Assembly: GCA_945982035.1 (NCBI GenBank)
Contig: CAMFRO010000001.1
Coordinates: 1 to 54,061 of the forward strand
Direction: 5' to 3'
Source of the DNA: an uncultured Clostridia bacterium
Lineage (GTDB): Bacteria > Bacillota > Clostridia > Oscillospirales > Acutalibacteraceae
Length of the DNA stretch: 54,061 bases
Position 1 is the first letter of the stretch; every line of letters starts with the position of its first letter. Position numbers and translations under genes: made by a program. This document shows, piece after piece, positions 1 to 9,690 of this stretch. Under the pieces are notes generated by a model. The model made no database searches, had not been told where the DNA came from, and saw only the letters and a program-made list of their open reading frames with translations.

Positions 1-348
1 GTTGCCGTGTGTGATGATACTCGCTTTATGGCGGACAGAGAGTTTTTTGCTCAAATGAAAAATGACGCATATCTTATCAATACGTCAAGGGGTGAGCTTG
101 TTGATAACGAGGCACTTTTGCAGGCGCTTTTGACATCGCAGATAGCGGGAGCAGGGCTTGATGTTATTTATCCCGAGCCTGTTGACGCCGACAATATTAT
201 TCTTGATGATAGGATAAAGGATAAGCTCGTTTTGCTTCCTCATATTGCAGGCATAACAAACCTTACTGTTCAAAAGCTTTATAAAAACGGATACAACAAC
301 ATAATGAGAATAATCAACGGCGAAAAGCCGCTGAATATTGTGGGGTAA
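1..348 (+). CDS. D-isomer-specific 2-hydroxyacid dehydrogenase, C-terminal part (5' truncated by window)
   Basis: Motifs LINTSRGELVD, GAGLDV..PEP and LPHIAG; frame is open from base 1. Confidence 0.9.
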   Translation, partial: VAVCDDTRFMADREFFAQMKNDAYLINTSRGELVDNEALLQALLTSQIAGAGLDVIYPEPVDADNIILDDRIKDKLVLLPHIAGITNLTVQKLYKNGYNNIMRIINGEKPLNIVG

Positions 349-353
349 CACAA

Positions 354-1850
354 ATGAGTACAGAAAACAGTAAAAAGGAAACCCGATATGTAGGCGTTAA
401 GGAAAATCTTGCCTACGGATTTGCAAATGCAGGACAGGTGTTCGGATACAATCTTTTTGCAGGCTCGTATCTGTCAATGTTCTTTGTAAAGGTATTCGGC
501 ATACCTACCGGTGCCGTGTCAACAATGATTCTTATATTGGGAATATGGGATACCATTAATGACCCGATAATGGGCGGACTTGTTGATAAAACAAGAACGA
601 GATACGGCAAGCTTCGGCCGTATCTGCTTATTGTGCCTATACCGCTTGCCATTGCCACAATACTGTTTTGGAGTGGTCCGGTACTGCTTCAGGATGTGAG
701 AAACCTAACGGTGAAAATTGTATATATGTACATATCATACATAATTTGGGAATTTTTCTATACCCTTGGCGACGTTCCGTTTTGGGGTATGAGTACGGCT
801 ATTTCACCGTCACCCTCCGACAGAACAAGAGCAATATCCTCCGCCCGTTTTATTTCGGGAATTATCGGCGGACTTTCAACTACGATTTTACCTGTTCTTA
901 TGGATTTAAGCGAAAATAATGTTATCAGCTGGTCCCTTAAGCAGGTGTTTGCATTTATGGGATTGCTTGCAGGAATATTCTGCGTAGGACTTTTTTCCCT
1001 TGCAGGCCTGTTTACAAAGGAAAGAGTTGTTCAGTCGGTACAGGAAAGCAGTATCTTTGATGGATTTCGCTATCTGTTTAAAAATAAACCACTTATGCTT
1101 ATTGTGTTAGGTAATGTGTTGGGTACTGTTGCCAGCGTTGCCGGCATTTTCGGAAATTACTACTATAACGAAGTGCTTAATCTTATGTCAATGGGACTCG
1201 TTGTAGGTCTGTTCGGCACCATCGGCGGATATGCCGCATACGCATTTTTGCCTATGATTAAACGCAGGCTTGACAACAGGCAGATTGTCTTTGCCGTTGC
1301 TATTACAAAGGCAGTTGTCGGTACAATCTGCTTCCTTGTAGGATATAATTATTATGACGTATGGTATATTGCCGTGCCTGTTCTTGCCGTACAAAATATC
1401 TTTTTGGGATTTGTCGGCACGATAAATATGGTTGTTCCCACCGAAATGATAGGCGATACGGTAGATTATATGGAGTGGAAAACAGGCGTAAGAAACGAGG
1501 GAATTTCCTTCTCTGTTCTTACATTTATTTCAAAGCTTACCTCCTCGCTTTCCACATCAATAGCAACGGCGCTTTTACCTGTAATCGGCTATATGGTAAC
1601 AACAAAAACACTTGCCGACGGCACCACCGAAACTATTGCGCAGTGCACCTCGGCAGGAGGGCATCCAACACAGTTCTGGCTGTGGACATTCTTTACAATA
1701 GTACCTAATTTGGCAGGTCTTATAAGCGTAATTCCATATTTCTTCTACGATTTGCGTGGCGAAAAGCTTGCAAAAATACGTGATGATATGAAGATTCGCA
1801 GACAGGAGCTTTCCAAAAAGGTTTCCGACGGAGGTGAGACAGATGCTTAA
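354..1850 (+). CDS. MFS glycoside-pentoside-hexuronide (GPH/MelB-like) cation symporter
   Basis: WDTINDPIMGGLVDKTRTRYGKLRPYLL, DTVDYMEWKTGVRNEG; about 12 hydrophobic segments. Confidence 0.9.
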   Translation: MSTENSKKETRYVGVKENLAYGFANAGQVFGYNLFAGSYLSMFFVKVFGIPTGAVSTMILILGIWDTINDPIMGGLVDKTRTRYGKLRPYLLIVPIPLAIATILFWSGPVLLQDVRNLTVKIVYMYISYIIWEFFYTLGDVPFWGMSTAISPSPSDRTRAISSARFISGIIGGLSTTILPVLMDLSENNVISWSLKQVFAFMGLLAGIFCVGLFSLAGLFTKERVVQSVQESSIFDGFRYLFKNKPLMLIVLGNVLGTVASVAGIFGNYYYNEVLNLMSMGLVVGLFGTIGGYAAYAFLPMIKRRLDNRQIVFAVAITKAVVGTICFLVGYNYYDVWYIAVPVLAVQNIFLGFVGTINMVVPTEMIGDTVDYMEWKTGVRNEGISFSVLTFISKLTSSLSTSIATALLPVIGYMVTTKTLADGTTETIAQCTSAGGHPTQFWLWTFFTIVPNLAGLISVIPYFFYDLRGEKLAKIRDDMKIRRQELSKKVSDGGETDA

Positions 1851-3384
1851 AAGAGAGTCTAAATGTCCTAAATGCGGACATAAATTAAGCCCGTTTTATA
1901 TGAAGCAAAGCTGTCCAAACTGCTCCGTTAATCTGCTTTATTACAAAATGGATGAACAGCTTGAGGCAGACGCCGTAAAGGCAAAAAAAGAGGTGGACGC
2001 AGTTCAGCATTTCTTAAATATACTTAAAAATTCTTCTGTATCGTCACCGCTTCTTATAGTGCGCCTTATACTGTTTTTTACACCGCTGGCGTCTATGTGC
2101 CTGCCTATGTACTATGCCGGCAGTAAAAAGGTTTCGCTTATTGCATTTATAATGAGCATAATAAACCACGGCTTTGATATAGGCGCAATGGCAAAAAATC
2201 TGTCATATCTCTTTGCCGTTTTGGCAATGATTATGATAATTCTGCTGTCCTTGGCTGAAATAATTAACAGCCTGTTTTCCGCCACAAAATACGGCTTTAG
2301 GCGAAATATAATTTTCAGCTTGGTTAATACGGTAGCTTTCGGCGGTTTATCCCTTGCTGTTTGCATTGCAGGCGGTCAGGTGCGTGTAGGATTTTATGTA
2401 ACAATGGCTATCTACTGTGCCGAATTTGTGCTCCATTATATTACGGCAAAGCCTAAAACATCTAAAAGAAAAATAAGTACAATTATTTGCTCTGCATTGT
2501 GCGTTGCTTTGGCAGTGGTGTGTGCAGTGATTTCACCAAAAGCCCTTCAATCCTATGACAAAACCGATTATGCTGCTCATCCTGAAAGTGATGTTACAGT
2601 AGTGTCCTTTAATTTGGCGGCACCCTGGGGTACGTCCTTTGATGACACCGCAAGCGAGGACAGATGCGTAAGATTTGCAGACGAAATGAACCGTGTTCAA
2701 CCCGATTTCATTGGTACTCAGGAGCTTAATTCCGACTGGATTACAAAGCTTGAAAAGCTTCTCCCCGACTATGATATCTACGCAGTTAAAAGAGGAGGGG
2801 ATGAGGAGGAATACAAAAGCGAGATGAACGGAGTTTTTTGGCTAAAGGATAAATATACTCCGATAGAGAAAAACACCTTTTGGCTGTCAGAAACTCCCGA
2901 TAAAGAGAGTAAATATACATATATCGACGAAAACGGCGAAGAGCAGGAGGCAGGCTGCAACAGAATATGCACCTACGCAGTGCTTAAAAATAACAAAACC
3001 GGTGTGATTTACGTTATTATGAATACTCATCTTGACAATTCCAGCGAGGAGGCAAGAGCCTTCGGCGCATCAGTTATAGTTAACAAAATCACCGACCTAA
3101 AGGGCAAATACGGAGATAATGTTAATATTGTACTAACAGGTGATTTTAATAATACTGACGACTCTGCTGCGTATGCAAAAATTACACAGGCTCTAAACGA
3201 TACAACCGATGAAAGCGAGGAGCAGGCTACCTGGCAGGATTGGGGATATACCAACACCGGCGATAAGCCTATTGACTTTATTTTTACCTCCGGCACCGGC
3301 AGTAATTATCACGTGCTTAATAATGTTTCAGGTGGTTATATCAGCGACCATTATGGCGTATTTACACAAATAAGCTTTGAATAA
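1843..3384 (+). CDS. Membrane protein: N-terminal zinc ribbon, multi-TM region and C-terminal endonuclease/exonuclease/phosphatase (EEP) domain
   Basis: CPKC-x13-CPNC; about 6 hydrophobic helices; EEP motifs SFN, GTQE, FWLSETP, NTHLD, GDFN, IDFIF, SDHYGV. ATG 1843 follows GGAGGTG and overlaps the upstream stop. Confidence 0.8.
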   Translation: MLKRESKCPKCGHKLSPFYMKQSCPNCSVNLLYYKMDEQLEADAVKAKKEVDAVQHFLNILKNSSVSSPLLIVRLILFFTPLASMCLPMYYAGSKKVSLIAFIMSIINHGFDIGAMAKNLSYLFAVLAMIMIILLSLAEIINSLFSATKYGFRRNIIFSLVNTVAFGGLSLAVCIAGGQVRVGFYVTMAIYCAEFVLHYITAKPKTSKRKISTIICSALCVALAVVCAVISPKALQSYDKTDYAAHPESDVTVVSFNLAAPWGTSFDDTASEDRCVRFADEMNRVQPDFIGTQELNSDWITKLEKLLPDYDIYAVKRGGDEEEYKSEMNGVFWLKDKYTPIEKNTFWLSETPDKESKYTYIDENGEEQEAGCNRICTYAVLKNNKTGVIYVIMNTHLDNSSEEARAFGASVIVNKITDLKGKYGDNVNIVLTGDFNNTDDSAAYAKITQALNDTTDESEEQATWQDWGYTNTGDKPIDFIFTSGTGSNYHVLNNVSGGYISDHYGVFTQISFE

Positions 3385-3393
3385 AGTAAAAGT

Positions 3394-3436
3394 AAAACAA
3401 TCCTCGGCACAATTGAAGTGCCGGGGATTGTTTTTT
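3394..3436. terminator. Bidirectional intrinsic terminator between convergent operons
   Basis: aaaacaatcctcggcac-aattgaa-gtgccggggattgtttttt hairpin flanked by A and T tracts. Confidence 0.85.
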
Positions 3437-3441
3437 ATTGC

Positions 3442-4185
3442 TTATTTTAAATGAAGTGCCTCTACTACCTGCCGTTTGTACTGCAAAAATTTGTCACTTA
3501 AGTTAAAATCATCCTCTCTTGGACGGGGAACATCAATGATTATTTCCTGTGTAATGGTTCCCGGTTCGCCTGAAAGTATGTATATTCTGTCGGACAGTAA
3601 AATTGCCTCGTCAATATCGTGGGTTATAAACACGGTGGACAGATTGATTTTTTTCATTACATCAAGATACCATTTGTGGATAATTCCCTTTGTAATGGTA
3701 TCCAGCGCACTGAACGGCTCGTCCAACAAAGCAACGCCATCGGATGATAGGTAGGTTCTCAAAAGAGCCGCCCTTTGTCTCATACCGCCCGATAACTGTG
3801 CGGGATATTTCATTTGTGTACCCTCAAGACCGAACACCTCAAAGTATTTGTCGGCAGCCTTGCGTGCCTCTTTCTTTTTCATACCGTTTAATATGAGAGG
3901 CAGGCAAACATTGTCTATAACCTTTCGGTAGGGGAAAAGCAGGTCCTTTTGGAGCATATAGCTTATTTTTCCCGGCTTGCCGGTAACGTCCTCGCCTTTA
4001 AGATAAACATTACCGCTGTCGGGCTTGTATATGCCGGAAAGAACATTGAAAAGCGTGGTTTTTCCCGATCCGCTTACACCTAAAAGGCTGATTATTTCGC
4101 CCTCCTTAAGGTGAATTGAAACATCATTAAGCACCTGCTTTTCACCGAAGCATTTATTTATTTTTTCAGCCCTTAATATATCCAT
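3442..4185 (-). CDS. ABC transporter ATP-binding subunit (NitT/TauT family, ThiZ-like)
   Basis: Walker A GVSGSGKT, signature LSGGMRQR, Walker B LLDEPFSALD, ITHD. Confidence 0.9.
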   Translation of the reverse strand: MDILRAEKINKCFGEKQVLNDVSIHLKEGEIISLLGVSGSGKTTLFNVLSGIYKPDSGNVYLKGEDVTGKPGKISYMLQKDLLFPYRKVIDNVCLPLILNGMKKKEARKAADKYFEVFGLEGTQMKYPAQLSGGMRQRAALLRTYLSSDGVALLDEPFSALDTITKGIIHKWYLDVMKKINLSTVFITHDIDEAILLSDRIYILSGEPGTITQEIIIDVPRPREDDFNLSDKFLQYKRQVVEALHLK

Positions 4186-4190
4186 AACAA

Positions 4191-5231
4191 TTATGCAAGA
4201 TAGTCGTTGGTAAATCCTGTTCCTGCCTCAAGCTCCTTTTCTACAAGCTTTTCGTCGGACAACCATTTATAGAAGCCATCCCAGCGCTGTGGGTCAATAT
4301 ATCCCCATTTTTCAGCGTCGGCAATATACTGGTCAGCAAGCCATTTCTGACTTTCCGTAACAAGCTCCTCAGAGCCTACAAGAGATTTTGTTTCATCGCT
4401 CTTAATAAGAATATCCGCCGCTTCCTCCGGATTTTCTATTGCGTATTCGTAGCCTTTCTTTGTAGCGGCAAGGAATGCCTTTGCTGCGTCGGGATTTTCG
4501 CTGAGAAAATCGTTGTTGGCAACAAGTACAGGTGTGTAATAGTCAAATACAGGATTAATGTCCTTGAAGTAGAAGAAATCGGTGTCAATATTATTTACCT
4601 TTGAATTGATACCGCCCCAGCCGTAGAATACCCAAATTGCGTGGTCGGGATTTTGCTGAACGTCCTGCGCCTCGTCTGTTACCTCGTTGGGGATAAGCTT
4701 AACCTTGCTCCAGTCACCGCCGTCCTTGTTAACTACGTTTTTCATCATCGCCTTTTCAACAGGAGCGTCCCAGGTGAGATATGTTTTGCCTGTAAGTCCT
4801 TTAGGGCTGTCCATTCCTTCTCCTGCCTTTGAAATGATACCGGATGTGTTGTGCTGAATAAGAGCGGCAACGGCGGTAACATTCATAGGAGTGTCGGAGG
4901 TAAATGCAGGCGCCAATGTGTCCTGTGCATCAACGGCAAATTGTGCCTGACCTGCTGAGCAAGCCTGAACTGCACCGCTTTCCGGTGGCTGTACAATCTC
5001 AACCTCAAGACCGGCCTCATCATAATAGCCGTTTGCAAGAGCAACATACATACCTGTGTGGTTTGTGTTCGGCGTCCAGTCAAGGCAGACGGTTATATCA
5101 ACTGTGTTTTCATTTCTTGTTGCTTTAGATGCATCCTCTTTGTTGTCGGTATTTGCACTGCATGCGGCAAGTGAAAATACAAGACTTGCGGCGCAGATGC
5201 CTGCAACAGCTTTTTTAATAAATTTATTCAC
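4191..5231 (-). CDS. thiY: NMT1/THI5-like substrate-binding lipoprotein (ThiY-like; thiamine/HMP precursor uptake)
   Basis: Lipobox LAAC; LDWTPNTNHTG motif, DYYTPV; operon context with a thiamine-binding protein and TPP-like leader. Confidence 0.8.
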   Translation of the reverse strand: MNKFIKKAVAGICAASLVFSLAACSANTDNKEDASKATRNENTVDITVCLDWTPNTNHTGMYVALANGYYDEAGLEVEIVQPPESGAVQACSAGQAQFAVDAQDTLAPAFTSDTPMNVTAVAALIQHNTSGIISKAGEGMDSPKGLTGKTYLTWDAPVEKAMMKNVVNKDGGDWSKVKLIPNEVTDEAQDVQQNPDHAIWVFYGWGGINSKVNNIDTDFFYFKDINPVFDYYTPVLVANNDFLSENPDAAKAFLAATKKGYEYAIENPEEAADILIKSDETKSLVGSEELVTESQKWLADQYIADAEKWGYIDPQRWDGFYKWLSDEKLVEKELEAGTGFTNDYLA

Positions 5232-5236
5232 TGTAT

Positions 5237-6013
5237 TTAATCCTTTCTTTTGCTTTTTGCTTCCCAGGGCATTGCCAGCCTTTGAAGCAAGCCGACCAAT
5301 GCCATAAGTAAAAGACTTATTACGGATATAAAGACTATAACCGCAAACATTCTGTCAAATGCGTAGGCTTTTTTGACCCTTGTCATATACACGCCGAGGC
5401 CCTCGAATCCGCCCAGCCATTCGGATACCACCGCACCTACTACCGCATAGGAGGCGGAAATGCGAAGTCCCGAGAAAAAGGAGCCTGTGGCGTTGGGCAG
5501 TTTAACGTATCTAAATATCTGAAGCCTGTTTGCACCCATTGCACGCATTAGGTTAACGGCATCCTTATCAACACTGCGGTAGCCGTCAAGCAGTCCTATT
5601 GCGATAGGGAAAAAGGTGGTTATTACAACCAGCGTAATTTTCGGTGCCATACCAAATCCCATCCAAAGCACAAGCAATGGTGCAATGGCTATGGTGGGTA
5701 TTGTTTGGGTAATTACAAGTATTGGATACAATGCCTTGTACAAAAAATTAAATCTGTCCATTAAGGTGGCTGTTATAAAAGCCAAAGCCACGCCGATAAG
5801 CAGACCGTAGCACGCCTCCTGTAAGGTTACGGCTGCCTGCTGCATCATCACCGTAAAATTGTCAAAAAAAGCCGTGAATACGTCCGTGGGGGACGGAAGC
5901 ATATATGCCGGCACAACCTCTTTGTCACAGCATATATACCATATAAACACTATTACCGCTAATGCGATAACCGGTGCGCTTTTATTGGTGATGCTTTGTA
6001 ATTTTTTGGTCAA
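5237..6013 (-). CDS. ABC transporter permease (ThiX-like)
   Basis: LPSP, QTIPTIAIAPLLVLWMGFG, EWLGG..GLG. Probable TTG start at 6013 after GAGAGGT; ORF track extends to 6046. Confidence 0.85.
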   Translation of the reverse strand: MTKKLQSITNKSAPVIALAVIVFIWYICCDKEVVPAYMLPSPTDVFTAFFDNFTVMMQQAAVTLQEACYGLLIGVALAFITATLMDRFNFLYKALYPILVITQTIPTIAIAPLLVLWMGFGMAPKITLVVITTFFPIAIGLLDGYRSVDKDAVNLMRAMGANRLQIFRYVKLPNATGSFFSGLRISASYAVVGAVVSEWLGGFEGLGVYMTRVKKAYAFDRMFAVIVFISVISLLLMALVGLLQRLAMPWEAKSKRKD

Positions 6014-6281
6014 TGGTAAGTACCTCTCCCTCAGGATTGTAAACAATTTTTACATAAGCGCTTACGCTGTCACAGCCTGCATTTATTGCAACCTTCTGAC
6101 AGTTTGCTACAATTTCCATAAGCTCGTCATAGCTTTCGCCCTCTATTGTGGTTTCAAAGGGTCCCACCGAGCAGTTAAGACCTGTGCTTTTAATGTAGGC
6201 GATAACCTCATCTACAATGCGTACAAGCTCCTTCTCGCTGTCTGTTTTAGGTAATACCTGAATTGCAACGCTTGCCTTCAT
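5982..6281 (-). CDS. Thiamine-binding protein (MTH1187/YkoF-like family)
   Basis: ASVAIQVLP, VDEVIAYIKSTGL, VGPFETTIEG; ATG 6281 after AGGAG. Confidence 0.85.
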   Translation of the reverse strand: MKASVAIQVLPKTDSEKELVRIVDEVIAYIKSTGLNCSVGPFETTIEGESYDELMEIVANCQKVAINAGCDSVSAYVKIVYNPEGEVLTIDQKITKHHQ

Positions 6282-6318
6282 ACCTGTTCTCCTTTCATTT
6301 ATATTCACTTACTAAGTC

Positions 6319-6350
6319 AAAAGAAAAGCCCCGTTCGGCTGAACAGGGCA
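6319..6350 (-). terminator. Intrinsic terminator (expression platform of the TPP-like leader)
   Basis: Minus strand gccctgttc-agcc-gaacggggc followed by ttttctttt, between aptamer and first start codon. Confidence 0.85.
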
Positions 6351-6365
6351 TAATTATACATTATC

Positions 6366-6450
6366 TCGTCTCTGCCGTGCGTACTAACGTACGGTTCTAA
6401 GGGTATAATCTCAGCCGTAATCTGTCGGATTAATCCGGCACCCCTGACTT
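6366..6450 (-). ncRNA. TPP (THI-box) riboswitch-like aptamer, variant P4/P5 arm
   Basis: Minus strand GUCAGGGGUGCCG...CGGCUGAGAUUAUACCCUUAGAACCGUACGUUAGUACGCACGGCAGAGAC: conserved GGGGUGC, CUGAGA, AUACCC, GAACC; upstream of a thiamine operon. Confidence 0.88.
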
Positions 6451-6464
6451 ATTAAGTTGATGAT

Positions 6465-6493
6465 ATTGTACTACATAAATATACGTTTGTCAA
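6465..6493 (-). promoter_or_regulatory. Sigma-A promoter of the thiamine operon
   Basis: TTGACA (6493-6488), 17 bp spacer, TACAAT (6470-6465). Confidence 0.8.
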
Positions 6494-6500
6494 CGGTGCG

Positions 6501-8138
6501 TCATATAATAATTCCCGTAGAATTTGTGAACTTGAGAGTTTTATCCTTGCCGTCCTCAATATATTTTACGGTAATTATATCATTTTTCTCGTCAACGCTT
6601 ACAAGCCTTGTGTCGTCAGTTAAAGTGTTTTCAAAAATTCTCATCTGCTTTTCGTCATACTCGGCAATATTGTCGCTGACGAAAAGTACACTACCGAAAA
6701 TTTTTATAAACTTTGCCAGTGCCTGTTGCTGCTTTTGCGAAAATCCAATGTTTGTTTTTCTCAGCAAAAATACGTCCGGATCGCACAGGAAAGCTCTGCC
6801 GTTAAATCCACGTCTGTAAATACTGTTGTTAATTGCATTCGGTGTGGAAACATCCTCTCTGTGCATTTTGTTGCGCATTGCCGTGTGCTTCCACTGCAAT
6901 GCCATATCTGCACCTATTCTCATATATTCAACCTTGCCGAAGCAGGGCATCTGCTGAACACCGCAGCCGAGGATTTTCTTATCTCCTACACATTCTCTCA
7001 GCAAATCAATGGAATCATAAGCAATTTCGCCTCTTGTTTTGCCGTGCATAGGCACTATTGCCGCCGCATAAAGAAAGTCAAGTTTAACGAGGTCAAAGCC
7101 CCACACGTCCAAAACTTCGTGGAATACATCTTTTATGTACTGCCTTGCCTCATCGTTGTAAATGTCAAGAGCATAAAAACCGCCCCAGTTTGCACCTACG
7201 CAAATTGGCTTGCTTTTTTCATCGCAGATAAGCCAGTCCGGATGCTCTCTTGCAACGGCGGAGCCTCTCTGTGCACCAAATGGCGCCAGCCATAGTCCTG
7301 CCTGAAAGCCTTTTTCGTGTATGCAGTCGGCAATGTATTTCATACCCGAAGGGAATTTTTTATCGTTTACGCTTAGCCAGTCGCCCACAGCGGTTTGGTA
7401 TCCATCGTCAATTTGGAAGGTGTTGATATATTCCTTTTTACGACAGATGGAGCCTAAATCTCTTAAAATAACCTGCTCATTTATGTTTTGATAGTAATTA
7501 TACCAGGAGGTGTAGCCGGTGATTTTTTCATTTGTTATGGGCTTAACTCCGAGAGCGTCAAAATATTTTGTGAAAGCCTCGTCATATTCACCGCAAATTA
7601 GGAATAAATCAAGAATTTCATAGGGCTTGTCAATTACGATACCCTCAAGGTCTTTTGAAAAACGCAAAAGATTTTCGTTCATATCGGCATAAATAATTGT
7701 GTAGCCGGTTTTGTCGTTAAGAGAGCCGAAAAAGTCAATTTTATCTCCATCTCTAACGTAAGCAAGAGAATGTGAATGAAACTCTCCGGGGATTTTTTCC
7801 TCGTTTACAAAGGTGTAATCGCCTACATATTTAAAACCCATTGCTTTTCCAAACGGTGATTTTCCTATTAGACCGATGCCGGGCATTTTTTCGTCCTTTT
7901 TAAACTCCTTTGTATCCGTCCAGGATTGAAAGCCGTTGGCAAAAAATGCAGAATTGTACGGATAATTATAATCAAGTTCAACGTAGAAATTTAATATTTC
8001 AATGTTCTTGTTCGGAAACAGTATTACCTTTAAGCCGCTGTCCGTATGCTTGAAATCAATGTCAAAATCTTCATTTCCTCCGGCGGCGGTTTTAACGATA
8101 CCGTCTGCCTTGTAAGTAAAGTGAAATCTGTAATCCAT
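6501..8138 (-). CDS. Glycoside hydrolase family 36 (alpha-galactosidase-like)
   Basis: GYTSWY, FQIDDGYQ, KFPSGM, GLWLAPF, VKLDFLY (nucleophile region), MRIGAD, DPDVFLLR. Confidence 0.85.
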   Translation of the reverse strand: MDYRFHFTYKADGIVKTAAGGNEDFDIDFKHTDSGLKVILFPNKNIEILNFYVELDYNYPYNSAFFANGFQSWTDTKEFKKDEKMPGIGLIGKSPFGKAMGFKYVGDYTFVNEEKIPGEFHSHSLAYVRDGDKIDFFGSLNDKTGYTIIYADMNENLLRFSKDLEGIVIDKPYEILDLFLICGEYDEAFTKYFDALGVKPITNEKITGYTSWYNYYQNINEQVILRDLGSICRKKEYINTFQIDDGYQTAVGDWLSVNDKKFPSGMKYIADCIHEKGFQAGLWLAPFGAQRGSAVAREHPDWLICDEKSKPICVGANWGGFYALDIYNDEARQYIKDVFHEVLDVWGFDLVKLDFLYAAAIVPMHGKTRGEIAYDSIDLLRECVGDKKILGCGVQQMPCFGKVEYMRIGADMALQWKHTAMRNKMHREDVSTPNAINNSIYRRGFNGRAFLCDPDVFLLRKTNIGFSQKQQQALAKFIKIFGSVLFVSDNIAEYDEKQMRIFENTLTDDTRLVSVDEKNDIITVKYIEDGKDKTLKFTNSTGIII

Positions 8139-8160
8139 CGTCCCTCTCGCCTTTCTTAAA

Positions 8161-8919
8161 TCAGTATTTTTCTAATGAATTAGCAAGAAATGCTTTTGTC
8201 TTTTCACTTTGCGGATTTTCAAATATCTGCTTGGGGTTGCCTGCCTCTTCAACAACTCCGTCAGCCATAAATATTACCTTATCCGATACGTTTTTTGCAA
8301 ATTCCATCTCGTGAGTAACAACAATCATTGTGCTTCCCGTGTCCTTCAGAGATTTTATAACTCTCAGCACCTCTCCCGTCAAGGCAGGGTCCAGCGCAGA
8401 TGTAGGCTCATCAAAGCAGAGAACATCAGGATTAAGCATAAGCGCTCTTGCTATGGCAACACGCTGCTGCTGACCGCCTGAAAGCTGGCAGGGATAATTC
8501 TCAATCTTATCTGAAAGCCCAACTCTTTCAATAAGTGCAATCGCCTTTTCCTCAAGCTCCTTTTTTGTGCCACGCTGTAAAAGCTGGGGAGCAAGAGTAA
8601 GGTTTTGCAAAACATTATATTGAGGAAAAAGATTAAAGGATTGAAATACAAGTCCGAAATGAAGGCGCTTTTCCCTTAATTCCTTTTCCTTAATTTTTTT
8701 ATCTGTTTTTCCGTCATAAATCACTTCGCCGTTTACGGTGATTGTGCCTTCGTCGGCAAATTCAAGAAAATTAATACATCTCAGCAGGGTGGTTTTTCCC
8801 GAGCCGGAGGAGCCGATTATTGATAAAACCTGACCTTTTTCAAGCTCAAAATCAATACCCTTTAATACCTGAGTTTTGCCGAAGTTTTTTACTATATTTT
8901 TTACTTCCAACAGTGCCAT
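8161..8919 (-). CDS. Polar amino acid ABC transporter ATP-binding protein (GlnQ-like)
   Basis: [48 protein letters not shown]. Confidence 0.93.
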   Translation of the reverse strand: MALLEVKNIVKNFGKTQVLKGIDFELEKGQVLSIIGSSGSGKTTLLRCINFLEFADEGTITVNGEVIYDGKTDKKIKEKELREKRLHFGLVFQSFNLFPQYNVLQNLTLAPQLLQRGTKKELEEKAIALIERVGLSDKIENYPCQLSGGQQQRVAIARALMLNPDVLCFDEPTSALDPALTGEVLRVIKSLKDTGSTMIVVTHEMEFAKNVSDKVIFMADGVVEEAGNPKQIFENPQSEKTKAFLANSLEKY

Positions 8920-8923
8920 TGCA

Positions 8924-9583
8924 TTAACTCCTAAAATAACTCATTTTCTTTTCCATTGCGCCGAAAATCAGCGTCAGTACGCCGTTGAATACAAGATAAA
9001 ATACGGCGGTGTAGAACAGCGGCCATATCAGTCCGGCGGCGGTTATGTAGTCCTCTCCCATTCTGATTACCTCAACTATTGCTATGGTTCTTGCAAGTGA
9101 TGTGTCCTTAACAAGCGTGATAATCTCGTTGCTCATAGGCGGCACAATTCGTTTAACCACTTGAAGCAAAGTAACCTTAAAGAAAATTTGCGATTTTGTC
9201 ATGCCGAGAACAAGACCTGCCTCCTGCTGACCCTTTGATATTGATTCTATTCCGCCTCTGAATATCTCCGAAAAGTAGCAGGCATAATTAATTATAAACG
9301 CTATTGCTGCCGCTTTAAATCGGTAGGTGTTGTCTGTTTGCATGCCGAAAATAAGGCCCGGTCCGTAAAATACTACAATTATTTGGAGCATTAACGGTGT
9401 TCCTCTTATTATCCAAATTATGATTTTTACAAGAAATTTAAGCGGTTTAAATTTTGACATTGAGCCGAAGCTTAAAATAAGGCCTATCGGCAGAGCCGCA
9501 GCCAAGGTAATTCCGAATAATTTACAGTTTATCCAAAATCCTTTAAGCAGCTCCAATGTTACTTCCATAAACGAAGTTCCCAT
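8924..9583 (-). CDS. Polar amino acid ABC transporter permease
   Basis: [31 protein letters not shown]; likely ATG 9583 after GAGGGGAG. Confidence 0.92.
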   Translation of the reverse strand: MGTSFMEVTLELLKGFWINCKLFGITLAAALPIGLILSFGSMSKFKPLKFLVKIIIWIIRGTPLMLQIIVVFYGPGLIFGMQTDNTYRFKAAAIAFIINYACYFSEIFRGGIESISKGQQEAGLVLGMTKSQIFFKVTLLQVVKRIVPPMSNEIITLVKDTSLARTIAIVEVIRMGEDYITAAGLIWPLFYTAVFYLVFNGVLTLIFGAMEKKMSYFRS

Positions 9584-9630
9584 ATATTCTCCCCTCTGCA
9601 TTTGTTATAGTTTAATATGATAATACGCTA

Positions 9631-9678
9631 AAAATAGGCAGAGAGCGCAAGCGAAAACGCCGCCGAGCCCTCTGCCTG
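9631..9678 (-). terminator. Stem-loop / partial terminator after the binding-protein gene
   Basis: Minus strand aggcagag...ctctgcct followed by attttt. Confidence 0.6.
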
Positions 9679-9690
9679 AAAATTCAAATA

